Of a stretch of 39,882 nt of DNA, positions 25,635-35,091 are shown piece after piece. Position 1 is the stretch's first letter, and every line of letters starts with the position of its first letter. The notes below the pieces were generated by a model. That model saw only the letters and a program-made list of their open reading frames with translations, searched no databases and was not told the DNA's origin. Source of the DNA: Candidatus Planktophila sp. (GTDB lineage: Bacteria > Actinomycetota > Actinomycetes > Nanopelagicales > Nanopelagicaceae); the NCBI GenBank assembly GCA_044374325.1, contig JBILOR010000001.1:1-39882 (forward strand), in the 5' to 3' direction. Position numbers and translations under genes: made by a program.

Positions 25635-26594
25635 CTACTTTTGCAAGAAATCAGCTATATCCGAAATCATTGTTGATAGATCGCGCTTAGGCTCCCAGCC
25701 AACAAGTGATTTGATTAGGTCGATATTTGGTACTCGACGTTCCATGTCTTCAAAGCCATCACCGTATGCTTCTTCGTAAGGCACATAAACAATTTCACTC
25801 TTTGAATTTGTTTGTTCAATGATTTTCTTTGCCAAATCATTAATTGATATTTCAAAGTCATTACCAATATTTATAACCTTACCAATTGTGTTGTCTGAAA
25901 ATGCAATTCTTACAACAGCATCAACGGCATCTAGGACATGGCCGAAGCATCTTGTTTGTTCACCATTGCCATAAATAGTGATTGGTTCATTCTTCAGTGC
26001 AAATTGCACAAAGCGTGGGACAACCATTCCGTATGCGCCAAGTTGACGTGGCCCCACGGTGTTGAAGAATCTAACAATTCGGGTTTCAAGTTTCTTCTCG
26101 ACCCAATAGGCATAAGCTAAAGATTCATCAATCGCTTTAGCTTCGCTATATGACCAACGCAGCGTTACGGGCGCTCCAAGAATGCGATCATCAGACTCCT
26201 TAAGTGAGTCAGAAGCATTCTTTCCGTAAACCTCGCTACTACTCGTTACAAATACTGGCTTTGAATATTTATGTGCGGCCTCGAGCACATTTTCAGTGCC
26301 TCTAATATTTGTCATCAGGCTGTCTAGCGGGTGATTAACGATATTAAATACACCAACAGCCGCAGCTAGGTGGAAAACGTATTCAGTTTCCTTAATCAGG
26401 CTGTCCAATAAGGATAGATCTAAGATAGAGCCCTCAATAAAAGTTACGCTTGTGCCACCCAAGTGTGCCGAAATGTTTTCCTTACGGCCCGTGGCTAGAT
26501 TGTCCAAAATAGTGATTTGGTGGCCGTCAGCCACTAGTCGATCAGTCAGGTGAGACCCAATAAAACCGGCTCCGCCAGTGATCAAGATTCGCAT
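25635..26594 (-). CDS. NAD-dependent nucleotide-sugar epimerase/dehydratase
   Basis: GGAGFIGSH, HLAAAVGV, SSSEVYGK, RWSYSEAK, RFFNTVGPRQ. Start at the second ATG (26594), 6 nt after TAAGGT. Confidence 0.88.
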   Translation of the reverse strand: MRILITGGAGFIGSHLTDRLVADGHQITILDNLATGRKENISAHLGGTSVTFIEGSILDLSLLDSLIKETEYVFHLAAAVGVFNIVNHPLDSLMTNIRGTENVLEAAHKYSKPVFVTSSSEVYGKNASDSLKESDDRILGAPVTLRWSYSEAKAIDESLAYAYWVEKKLETRIVRFFNTVGPRQLGAYGMVVPRFVQFALKNEPITIYGNGEQTRCFGHVLDAVDAVVRIAFSDNTIGKVINIGNDFEISINDLAKKIIEQTNSKSEIVYVPYEEAYGDGFEDMERRVPNIDLIKSLVGWEPKRDLSTMISDIADFLQK

Positions 26595-26670
26595 GGGCAT
26601 ACCTTATTGGATGGATGGCTATTTTTCAGGATGGTAAAAAGCACCCCTTTGGATAGGGCAAGATTTGCTC

Positions 26671-27318
26671 ATGCGCCTAGACCATGTCTCATATGTAACT
26701 TCTCATGACCAGCTAGCAGATACTGTCCAAAGACTTGGTTCTCGTTTAGGAACCACCTTTGTTGACGGTGGAGTGCACCCAAGATTTGGTACTCGTAACT
26801 TCACAGCGCCACTTCTTAATGGTCAATACATTGAAGTTGTCTGCCCACTAGATCACCCAGCATCTGATTCATCACCATTTGGCAAGGCTGTATCAAAGCG
26901 AGCCGCAGAAGGTGGCGGCTGGCTAACTTGGGTTGTTGCAGTTGAAGACCTTGCAGAAGTTGAAACTCGTTTGGGCCGCCCAGCAGTAGATGGTCACCGC
27001 ACCAAGCCTGATGGAACAGATTTGAGCTGGAAACAGATTGGCGTTCTTGGAACTTTAGAAGATCGCCAGATGCCATTCTTCGTACAGTGGATTAAAAACC
27101 ATCACCCATCTACTGATGGCAAAGCAGTAGCAAAGATTGTGAAGATTGAGATAGCCGGAGATGAATCAGCAATCTCTGATTGGCTTGGCTCAGAAGTTAA
27201 AGCTGCTATCGGAAGTGGCATTGAAGTCGAATGGGTCTCTGCAGATTCAAATGATGGCGATACTGGCATTGTTGCTGTTGAAGTCGAAACATCTAGTGGA
27301 TTAGTAAGAATCGACTAA
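26671..27318 (+). CDS. VOC/glyoxalase-like family protein
   Basis: MRLDHV, GGVHPRFGTRN, YIEVV, MPFFVQW pattern of Glyoxalase_3 proteins. Confidence 0.8.
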   Translation: MRLDHVSYVTSHDQLADTVQRLGSRLGTTFVDGGVHPRFGTRNFTAPLLNGQYIEVVCPLDHPASDSSPFGKAVSKRAAEGGGWLTWVVAVEDLAEVETRLGRPAVDGHRTKPDGTDLSWKQIGVLGTLEDRQMPFFVQWIKNHHPSTDGKAVAKIVKIEIAGDESAISDWLGSEVKAAIGSGIEVEWVSADSNDGDTGIVAVEVETSSGLVRID

Positions 27319-27331
27319 GAATCACAATACG

Positions 27332-28252
27332 ATGAAATCACAAATGGTTGTATCAAGAAGATGCCCCATATGTGATTCAGCAAGATTTGCAAGATTGAGA
27401 TTCTGCAAAAATCCAAACAACCCATTCTGGCGTAAATGTAAAAACTGTAAATCTATTTACGCAAGGGATATTCCAGACTCTAGAACTATCGAAGAACATT
27501 ATGCGGGGTATTACGACGGAATAAATTTAGAGATACCACAATTTGTGAGAACTAATTTGGATAAACGAATTGATTCGCTTGAGGGTTACCGAACGGAATC
27601 AAACAATATTCTAGATATCGGCTTCGGTGCCGGAATATTCCTTGAGGCTGCACAAGATAAAGGTTGGATTTGCTCTGGAACCGAGTATTCACCAGACTCA
27701 ATAAGAATTGCGTCTTCAAACGGATGGACTGTTCATAAAGGCGACTTGAGTGAAGGTGATCTTCCTGGGCCATTTGATGTTGTAGCTGCTATTGAAGTTT
27801 TAGAGCATGTAAGCAGTCCAGCAAGTATCGTTAACTTAGCTGCACAACGTTTGCGTAAGGGCGGGGCGTTTTATGGCACCACCCCAAATTCTCAAAGCAT
27901 CAATGCGAAAGTATTGGGTGAGAATTGGTCCGTTCTCTCCTACCCTGAACACCAAGTTTTGCTAAATAAGAAATCTATAGAACTACTTTTCGCTTTAGAA
28001 AATCTTAAGCCTAAGATGCTTAAATCCACGGGTTTCAATCCAATAGATATTATTAATTTAATCCACACAGTAAGTGTCAAGAATTCAAGTTCAACATCTG
28101 GCAAAATAAACAGAGTAGATGGGGGATATGCGATTAATTCCGTGTTCGAGAGCCGCAAAATTCTTTCAAATTTCAAACGATTAATCAATCAAACCCTAAC
28201 CATTTTTGGAATTGGCGACTCACTAAACTTTCTGGGCGAGAAAAATATATGA
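27332..28252 (+). CDS. Class I SAM-dependent methyltransferase with N-terminal Zn-ribbon
   Basis: CPIC...CKNC, ILDIGFGAG, FDVVAAIEVLEHV, TTPN. Confidence 0.85.
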   Translation: MKSQMVVSRRCPICDSARFARLRFCKNPNNPFWRKCKNCKSIYARDIPDSRTIEEHYAGYYDGINLEIPQFVRTNLDKRIDSLEGYRTESNNILDIGFGAGIFLEAAQDKGWICSGTEYSPDSIRIASSNGWTVHKGDLSEGDLPGPFDVVAAIEVLEHVSSPASIVNLAAQRLRKGGAFYGTTPNSQSINAKVLGENWSVLSYPEHQVLLNKKSIELLFALENLKPKMLKSTGFNPIDIINLIHTVSVKNSSSTSGKINRVDGGYAINSVFESRKILSNFKRLINQTLTIFGIGDSLNFLGEKNI

Positions 28253-29103
28253 AGCCGATATTGATACTAGGCAGCAAAGGAATGCTCGGGTCTGCGATAA
28301 CAGATTTATTCAATAGGTCTAGCAACTTTGACGTTCATGAGATTAATCGAACTTCAATCGTCGATGGCATGCACTTTGATGCAAGTTCTAAATCTTCTCG
28401 AAGATTCATTCAGGACGTAAGGCCCGAATGGATTATTAACTGTATTGGAGTGATTAAGCCTTATATAAATGATCAAGACCCTGTTTCCCAAAGTAATGCT
28501 TATCTGGTTAATTCAGAGTTTCCCTCGACTTTAAATCAAATTGCTAAAGAAATAGATGCTTATGTCATTCAAATTGCAACAGATTGTGTTTATTCAGGCG
28601 TAAAGGGAAATTACTCTGAAGGCGATGCCCATGACCCTGTTGACACTTATGGCAAAAGCAAGAGTTTAGGCGAGATAGATTCGGAGCACTTTATGAATTT
28701 AAGGTGTTCGATTGTCGGGCGAGATCAAAGAAACAATAATTCACTTCTCGAGTGGTTGCTAAGCCAAGAGCATTCAGCCAAGGTCTCAGGCTACCTAGAT
28801 CACTTATGGAACGGGATAACAACAAATGCCTTTGCTCGCATTTGCAGGGGAATTATTGAAGATGATCTTTTTGCCGCCGGAACGTTTCATCAAGTGCCTG
28901 CGGATAGGGTTTCGAAAGCGGAGCTTCTTGAGATGTTTAGAGATAAATTTAATCGCCCAGACCTAATAATTGAGAAAAAGTTAACGGGCGATGAGATAGA
29001 CCGAACCCTCATTACAGTCGAACCTGAAGAAAATTTGCAAAGATGGCTATCAGCTGGCTATTCGGATGTTCCGACCATTAAGGCTTTAATAGAAGAACTT
29101 TAG
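28249..29103 (+). CDS. RmlD-like nucleotide-sugar 4-reductase (QnlA/WbvR-like)
   Basis: GSKGMLGS, INCIG, IATDCVYSG, YGKSK, LRCSIVG. 284 aa with no cupin domain. Confidence 0.75.
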   Translation: MKPILILGSKGMLGSAITDLFNRSSNFDVHEINRTSIVDGMHFDASSKSSRRFIQDVRPEWIINCIGVIKPYINDQDPVSQSNAYLVNSEFPSTLNQIAKEIDAYVIQIATDCVYSGVKGNYSEGDAHDPVDTYGKSKSLGEIDSEHFMNLRCSIVGRDQRNNNSLLEWLLSQEHSAKVSGYLDHLWNGITTNAFARICRGIIEDDLFAAGTFHQVPADRVSKAELLEMFRDKFNRPDLIIEKKLTGDEIDRTLITVEPEENLQRWLSAGYSDVPTIKALIEEL

Positions 29104-29109
29104 TTTCTT

Positions 29110-30075
29110 CTAGATACTATTTATTTTATTAAAAAATCTTCTAGATAACTTTGCAATTAGTTTTGTGATGTAAAAACTAGCTGGATGCAGGAGTGCAAAA
29201 ATAACAACTCGGATTTTTGCAACTTCTGGCAAACCTCGCCTTATCAAAATAGATTCGATAATTAGCTTTCTCGATGTTACACACTTATCGAAAACTCCTA
29301 AAGCGGCAGCAAAGTAGCGTGCACTTGCTCTTGCCGATTTGGCTAATTCCGGATCTATCGAGTAATTCTCTATGAATGAATCAATCAGTTGAATTCTCTC
29401 TTCGCCCATAGCTTTGCCACGTGAGGCAATCGATGTCGAGCCGCTGTGTTGTCTCCATTGTGCGACCATTTGATTTCTATGAACTATTTCCCCAACCTGA
29501 CTTAACCGCAACCAGAATTCGTAATCACTAGCAAATTTTATTCCGGTTGACCGACCCTTTATCTCCTTGGCAGAACTTGCTCGAAATATTGTGCCTGGCC
29601 CTGGCAGACACATGCCTAAACCTAGAACTCTTTCTAATGAGAATTCAAGTGGCACAATCTCTTCGATTAAATTGCTTTGTTTATCTATTTTTCTCCAGTT
29701 TGGATACCAAGCGACTGCGCTCCTATTACGATTGAAAAACTCTTGAACACCACTGAATATTTCACTCGTAAATAGTGGATCATCTGCGCTCAAAATGAGG
29801 ATGAATTCACCTAATGACTCTTCCAGGCCTCTATTAACGGCGCTGGGTTCGCCACCATTTTGCTTTCTAATAATCTTGATTGATTCAGAAAATTCCAACA
29901 AAATTTGATAGGTCAGATCAGTAGAGCCGTCGTCAACTACTAAGTATTCTAGAGAAAACCCTTGAGCAGCATCCAAAACTGAATTGATAGTTTCACGAAT
30001 GTATTCTTCGCCGTTAAATACGGGAGTGATTACGGAAAAAACTGGTTTACTTGCAGGACTTTTAGCGGAATTCAT
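29110..30075 (-). CDS. Glycosyltransferase family 2
   Basis: SVITPVFNG, VDDGSTD, AVNRG, LSADD, DYEFWLRL. Confidence 0.9.
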   Translation of the reverse strand: MNSAKSPASKPVFSVITPVFNGEEYIRETINSVLDAAQGFSLEYLVVDDGSTDLTYQILLEFSESIKIIRKQNGGEPSAVNRGLEESLGEFILILSADDPLFTSEIFSGVQEFFNRNRSAVAWYPNWRKIDKQSNLIEEIVPLEFSLERVLGLGMCLPGPGTIFRASSAKEIKGRSTGIKFASDYEFWLRLSQVGEIVHRNQMVAQWRQHSGSTSIASRGKAMGEERIQLIDSFIENYSIDPELAKSARASARYFAAALGVFDKCVTSRKLIIESILIRRGLPEVAKIRVVIFALLHPASFYITKLIAKLSRRFFNKINSI

Positions 30076-31200
30076 TTATTCTAATTCTCGGCGCCCTGTC
30101 CAAAACGAATAATTTGGCAAGGTGGACTGTATGAACCGGCTAACTCGTTGAGCTGTATCTGTGATTAAGTATTCGTTTGGGATGCTTGCTGCAGGTTTCC
30201 CAGTAATTGCGCTTTCAATACTACTCAAAACTGAATGCGATTCTATGCCAGAGAGTATGAGTACGCCAGATTCAATGGCTTCTGGGCGTTCAATTGAGTT
30301 TCGAATTGTGATGGCAGGGAACCCTAAGATGGCCGATTCTTCACTAACTGATCCACTATCTGAAATGACCACTTTCGCACTCTTCTGAAGACGCAGATAG
30401 TCAATAAATCCAAAAGGTTCGTGAAATGCAATTAACTCATGGAAGGCTAAATTAGCCGATTTGAGTTTTATCCTTGTTCTCGGATGAGTTGAGACCAGTA
30501 TTGGAAGTTCATACTTGTTGGCGATTGCATTTAGCGTATCCACGATCTGTCGTAGGCGAACTTCAGAATCTACATTTTCTGCTCGATGTAGACTTACAAG
30601 GAAATACTTTGAAGTCTCTAGGTTGTTATCATTAAGAGCATCTGACTTATCTAATCGACTACTGAAATTCGTTATTACTTCATTCAAAGGTGAACCAATA
30701 ACACCAATCATTCTGGGGTGGAGACCCTCGGCGATCAAGTTCCTGCGGGCATGCTCGGTATAACATAAATTGAAATCAGAACAGTGATCTACAATTTTTC
30801 GGTTTATTTCTTCAGGCACATTTATGTCAAACGATCTGTTTCCGGCCTCAAGATGGTAAACAGGTATGCCCATCCGTCTGGCTTGGATAGCTACTAGTGA
30901 ACTATTTGTATCGCCTAAAATGAGAATTGCGTCCGGTCTATTTTTCAGAAACTCATCTTCGATTTTTGGAAATAAATCTCCTAAAAAACTACCTAAAGAC
31001 TCATTTGAACAGTTGAGCATCAAATTAGGGTTACGTATCCCAAGTTCAGTGAAGAAGTTACTAGAAAGAGATGCATCAAAATTTTGCCCGGTATGGATGA
31101 TTCGATGGTCAAAATCTTTATCGAATAGACTCAAAATCGCCTGCAAGCGTATAATTTCTGGCCGAGTACCGATTATTGTGCTTAATCTAAATTTTTTCAT
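30076..31200 (-). CDS. Non-hydrolysing UDP-HexNAc 2-epimerase (FnlC/WbjD/QnlB-like)
   Basis: GTRPEIIRL, HTGQNFD, LGDTNS, EAGNRSFD..VPEEINR, HRAENVD, SDSG, ERPE. Confidence 0.88.
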   Translation of the reverse strand: MKKFRLSTIIGTRPEIIRLQAILSLFDKDFDHRIIHTGQNFDASLSSNFFTELGIRNPNLMLNCSNESLGSFLGDLFPKIEDEFLKNRPDAILILGDTNSSLVAIQARRMGIPVYHLEAGNRSFDINVPEEINRKIVDHCSDFNLCYTEHARRNLIAEGLHPRMIGVIGSPLNEVITNFSSRLDKSDALNDNNLETSKYFLVSLHRAENVDSEVRLRQIVDTLNAIANKYELPILVSTHPRTRIKLKSANLAFHELIAFHEPFGFIDYLRLQKSAKVVISDSGSVSEESAILGFPAITIRNSIERPEAIESGVLILSGIESHSVLSSIESAITGKPAASIPNEYLITDTAQRVSRFIQSTLPNYSFWTGRRELE

Positions 31201-32228
31201 TAGTTTGCGCTTACCAATTCGTTAAATTCTTTGTTACTACGCAACAAATTCGCCACTTCGCCAGCATTTAACTGATTTGTATTTTGTGAATCAAATGAAT
31301 CAAATCTATTCTTGTTTTCTGTTCCCTTATCAAAGTAAATATTGTAATCAAGCGACCTTGAGTCTAACGGCACCCTAAAGTAGTTACCTAGATCTTCAGC
31401 TTTTGCTCTCTCTTCAGAGCCCAGTAGTGATTCATAAATCTTCTCGCCATGCCTTACACCTATAATTCTAATTTCTGGTTCTGAGGTTTTGCCCAATGCT
31501 AAAGAGACACCTCTTGCCAGATCAAGAATCGTGCATGCAGGCGCTTTCTGAACAAACAAATCGCCAGTTTGTGCATGCTTGAATGCATACTCAACAAGCT
31601 CTACAGAATCCTCTAATGACATCATGAACCTCGTCATGTGTGGATCAGTTATTGTAATTGGCAAACCAGTTTGAATTTGTTTTACAAATAGAGGTATGAC
31701 AGAGCCTCTAGACATCATTACGTTTCCATAGCGCGTAATTGCCACACGCGTTTTAGCGTTATCTAGACTTCTTGCAAAAGATTGAGCAGTTTTCTCCATT
31801 GTTGCTTTAGTCATTCCCATGACATTTATCGGATACACGGCCTTATCTGTACTCAGGCAAACAACCGACTTTACTGAATGTTCAAAACAAGCATCAATTA
31901 CGTTAAAACTTCCGTTTACATTTGTTGCAATAGCCTGCATGGGAAAAAATTCACAAGATGGCACTTGCTTTAAAGCGGCTGCATGGAATACATAGTCTGA
32001 GCCTCTAATGGCTTTGCTTACGCTGTCCCTGTCTCTTACATCCCCAATAAAAAACTTTACTCTTTCATCCAGTATGGAATTTCTCAAGGCATCCTGTTTA
32101 TTTTCGTCTCGGCTAAAAATACGAATCTCTTGGCAACCAATGGACAAAAGTCGCTTGAGCATGGTCGAACCGAATGACCCTGTTCCCCCTGTAATAGTAA
32201 CTACGGAGGATTCTAGGTTGTTGCTCAT
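31200..32228 (-). CDS. fnlA: UDP-GlcNAc 4,6-dehydratase/epimerase (FnlA/WbjB/CapE)
   Basis: GGTGSFG, FSRDE.KQ, HAAALKQVPSCEFFP, STDKAVYPINVMG, TRYGNV, RHGEK, RVPLDSR.LDY. Confidence 0.88.
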   Translation of the reverse strand: MSNNLESSVVTITGGTGSFGSTMLKRLLSIGCQEIRIFSRDENKQDALRNSILDERVKFFIGDVRDRDSVSKAIRGSDYVFHAAALKQVPSCEFFPMQAIATNVNGSFNVIDACFEHSVKSVVCLSTDKAVYPINVMGMTKATMEKTAQSFARSLDNAKTRVAITRYGNVMMSRGSVIPLFVKQIQTGLPITITDPHMTRFMMSLEDSVELVEYAFKHAQTGDLFVQKAPACTILDLARGVSLALGKTSEPEIRIIGVRHGEKIYESLLGSEERAKAEDLGNYFRVPLDSRSLDYNIYFDKGTENKNRFDSFDSQNTNQLNAGEVANLLRSNKEFNELVSAN

Positions 32229-32330
32229 GTTGTCTCCATGACCTAGATTCTACTTTAGGTTAGTTAGATATTGGCCCTGAATTGTTACTTCGTCAGCATG
32301 AAATTAGCTCTTTAGGAATAGAATGCGCGA

Positions 32331-33125
32331 ATGGTTCAAGAAATTCCTTTTTATATTGTTTGTTTCAACCGCATATACGGTCTGCAGCAGGCAATGGCAT
32401 TTGTGGAGAGATCTTCCATTCCCTTGAAGCCTGTCATTCTAGATATGGGGTCTACCTGGAACCCATTCATTGGTTATAGAGATTCCTTAGGGATTCGCAT
32501 CGAGCATTTTGATTATGGGATTGGTCCACGAGATTTGTTTGTTACCGGATTTCTCGCTGATGACGGCACAGGGCCGTTCTTTTTCAGTGATGGGGATTTA
32601 GATTATTCAGATACCGCAAACGAAGCGTTTGAGAACATGAAGAAAGTAAGCGAAAAATATCCTTGGTTTCCAAAGATTGGGCTCGCGCTTCCACTTTCTG
32701 ATGTGCCACACGACGATGAGGGAACACGCGTTAGAAAGTGGGAGCGCGATAACTGGCGCGTGAAATTTTCTAAGGAAACCTATCTCAATGGCGTAGATAC
32801 AACTATTGCCTACTACCCGAGACGTGAGGAAACTTTTTACTACAGGCCCTCATTGAGATTAGCTGGATCAAATTCGGCCATACACTATCCATGGTACGAG
32901 CGCCAAGATTCTGAAGAAGCGGTCTTTTATTCTTCTTTAGCTCGTGCAAACATCTCTTCCACGGCTGCCGGCGATACACCCACTATTCGTTATCGAGTTA
33001 AGCATGCAATTCTAATCTGTCTTTATTTTGCATCCTGCATACCTTTAAGATTTTCTCTCACCGGCCCTCATTTTGTCAGGCTGCTGGCAAGAAATGGAAC
33101 TATTCAGTCAAAACGGATTCAATAG
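32331..33125 (+). CDS. GT-A-fold (GT2-like) protein, atypical
   Basis: YIVCFNR, ILDMGST, FSDGD (DxD), VDTT, HYPWY. Confidence 0.55.
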   Translation: MVQEIPFYIVCFNRIYGLQQAMAFVERSSIPLKPVILDMGSTWNPFIGYRDSLGIRIEHFDYGIGPRDLFVTGFLADDGTGPFFFSDGDLDYSDTANEAFENMKKVSEKYPWFPKIGLALPLSDVPHDDEGTRVRKWERDNWRVKFSKETYLNGVDTTIAYYPRREETFYYRPSLRLAGSNSAIHYPWYERQDSEEAVFYSSLARANISSTAAGDTPTIRYRVKHAILICLYFASCIPLRFSLTGPHFVRLLARNGTIQSKRIQ

Positions 33126-34164
33126 CTGCCAACCACTTGATTTGGAGAATCTCTCGCGTGCAATTTCGATTGTAATAGTCCATACCGTTTTCGATCATAT
33201 CCTTGCGAATTATTGAGTTTGATGTTATCAACCTAAGACTTTCGAGCCAGGTTTCATCACACAACATTATCGGCATTTTTATATCCTGAGCCACCCGCGA
33301 GTAAGCAGCACTCGGTGAGCATAGAACAGGAATTCCCATTGCCCACATGGAAATCAATTTATTCTCAGGCTTAAACATAGCGAATTTGTCATTCTTTGTT
33401 AAAGGAATTATTCCAAGAATTGAAGAGTTTGCAGCTCTCTTAGTGCCTTCAATAGACCAAGGTAATATCTCTATTTTATCCCAGGCCCTCGGAAAGATTT
33501 TTCTTATAATTTTCTCTGAATTAGAAGTTCCCAAAAATCCACCCCATCGATGAAATTTTTGATTTGTAAGCAGTTTTAAGTAGTAATCATTTGAAATCAG
33601 GAAATCTTCTAGTTCTTTAGATATAGATTTAAAGTGCTTGAGGGTATACCCGAGTCCTTCCCAAAATAAGTAAGACTTTTGATCCGGAAGTGGTTCCTCC
33701 CGCATGAAGTCCTGGTTGCTTAACATTTCACTTTGATCATCAATGATGACATGAATATTTTGATTAAATTCCTTTATAAAATTTGATTGCTCAATAGTTG
33801 CAACAATTACTGCATCGGCATTTATGCAGGCATACTTTAAATGTGACGTGTACCTTAAGAATTTAAGGCTGCTTGTGCCGTTTAATGTTCTTAAAATGTT
33901 CCTACCAAAGTCACGAAAAAATCCAGGGCGTTCAGCCAAGTATGCATCGACAAGATCAATAATTACAGGGCAGTCGACTTTGTGGAGGTATTTACTAAAG
34001 TTACTTGAGTTTGAGAGAACAAGAACATCCAGATTGGCTAAGTTTTCAACTTCAATTTCGATACCCTCAACATCTGAAGTAATTTTTAACCGACGCCTGT
34101 CGCCTGGATGGTTTAAATCTTGGGAATATGGAACGTAGCCAATCTTCATCCTTATAGGAGCCAT
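33100..34164 (-). CDS. Divergent GT-B (GT4-like) glycosyltransferase
   Basis: IIDLVDAY, ADAVIVAT, FWEG, KPENKL...MWAMGIPVLCSP. Confidence 0.6.
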   Translation of the reverse strand: MAPIRMKIGYVPYSQDLNHPGDRRRLKITSDVEGIEIEVENLANLDVLVLSNSSNFSKYLHKVDCPVIIDLVDAYLAERPGFFRDFGRNILRTLNGTSSLKFLRYTSHLKYACINADAVIVATIEQSNFIKEFNQNIHVIIDDQSEMLSNQDFMREEPLPDQKSYLFWEGLGYTLKHFKSISKELEDFLISNDYYLKLLTNQKFHRWGGFLGTSNSEKIIRKIFPRAWDKIEILPWSIEGTKRAANSSILGIIPLTKNDKFAMFKPENKLISMWAMGIPVLCSPSAAYSRVAQDIKMPIMLCDETWLESLRLITSNSIIRKDMIENGMDYYNRNCTREILQIKWLAAIESVLTE

Positions 34165-34168
34165 AACG

Positions 34169-35032
34169 TTACGAATTCAATACATTTTGCAAATAACTTG
34201 CATATTCATTTTTTCCAAGTGCTTTAGAGATGTCTGCTAGCTCCTCGCTTGTAATCCAGCCTTGCCTAAATGCAACTTCTTCAATGCAGCCAATCTTAAA
34301 GCCAATATCCTGCTCGATTGACTTCACATAATTTGCTGCTTCATTAAGGCTATCTACTGTTCCGCAGTCCATCCATTTTGTATTTTCCTGCAACTGCCGG
34401 AACTGAATTTTGTTTTCTATTAAGTAGCTCTCAATAACTGACGTGATCTCGAGTTCGCCTCTTGAACTTGTAGTCACATTTTTTGCACGCTTCGAGACCG
34501 TATTGTCAAAAAAGTAAAGACCAGGAACAGCCATCTCAGATTTGGGTGCCTTAGGCTTTTCTTCGATAGAGATAACTTGGCCGGTGTCCGATATTTCAAC
34601 AACTCCATATCGTGAAGCGTCTTGAACTTTAACGCCGAAAATAGTTGCACCATCTAAACAGTTAATTTCTGACAACTTACGTCCAAGGCCAGACCCATAA
34701 AATATGTTATCTCCAAGAATTAAGGCTACCGATTCGTTTCCTACAAAATCTTCTCCAATCAAGAAAGCTTGTGCAAGCCCTTCAGGTTTTGGTTGCACTG
34801 CATAAGTGATTGATATACCTATAGTGCTGCCATCACCGAGTAAATTCTTGAAACTTTCTGAATCCTGAGGTGTAGTAATTATCAAGATATCTTGAATACC
34901 GGCGAGCATTAAAGTCGAGAGCGGGTAATAAATCAGAGGTTTGTCATATATAGGCAGTAGCTGTTTACTCGTTGTTTTAGTCAATGGCCATAGCCGCGAG
35001 CCTGTGCCACCTGCAAGAATTATGCCCTTCAC
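34169..35032 (-). CDS. rmlA: Glucose-1-phosphate thymidylyltransferase
   Basis: KGIILAGGTGSRLWPLT...SKQLLPIYDKP, LILGDNIFYG, IEEKP, RGELEIT. GTG start at 35032 lies 7 nt after TACCCT. Confidence 0.93.
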   Translation of the reverse strand: MKGIILAGGTGSRLWPLTKTTSKQLLPIYDKPLIYYPLSTLMLAGIQDILIITTPQDSESFKNLLGDGSTIGISITYAVQPKPEGLAQAFLIGEDFVGNESVALILGDNIFYGSGLGRKLSEINCLDGATIFGVKVQDASRYGVVEISDTGQVISIEEKPKAPKSEMAVPGLYFFDNTVSKRAKNVTTSSRGELEITSVIESYLIENKIQFRQLQENTKWMDCGTVDSLNEAANYVKSIEQDIGFKIGCIEEVAFRQGWITSEELADISKALGKNEYASYLQNVLNS

Positions 35033-35091
35033 CTGAATAAGGGTACTTGACCTGTAGGTTTGGTCAATCACATTGAAAAGGAGTGGTTGAA

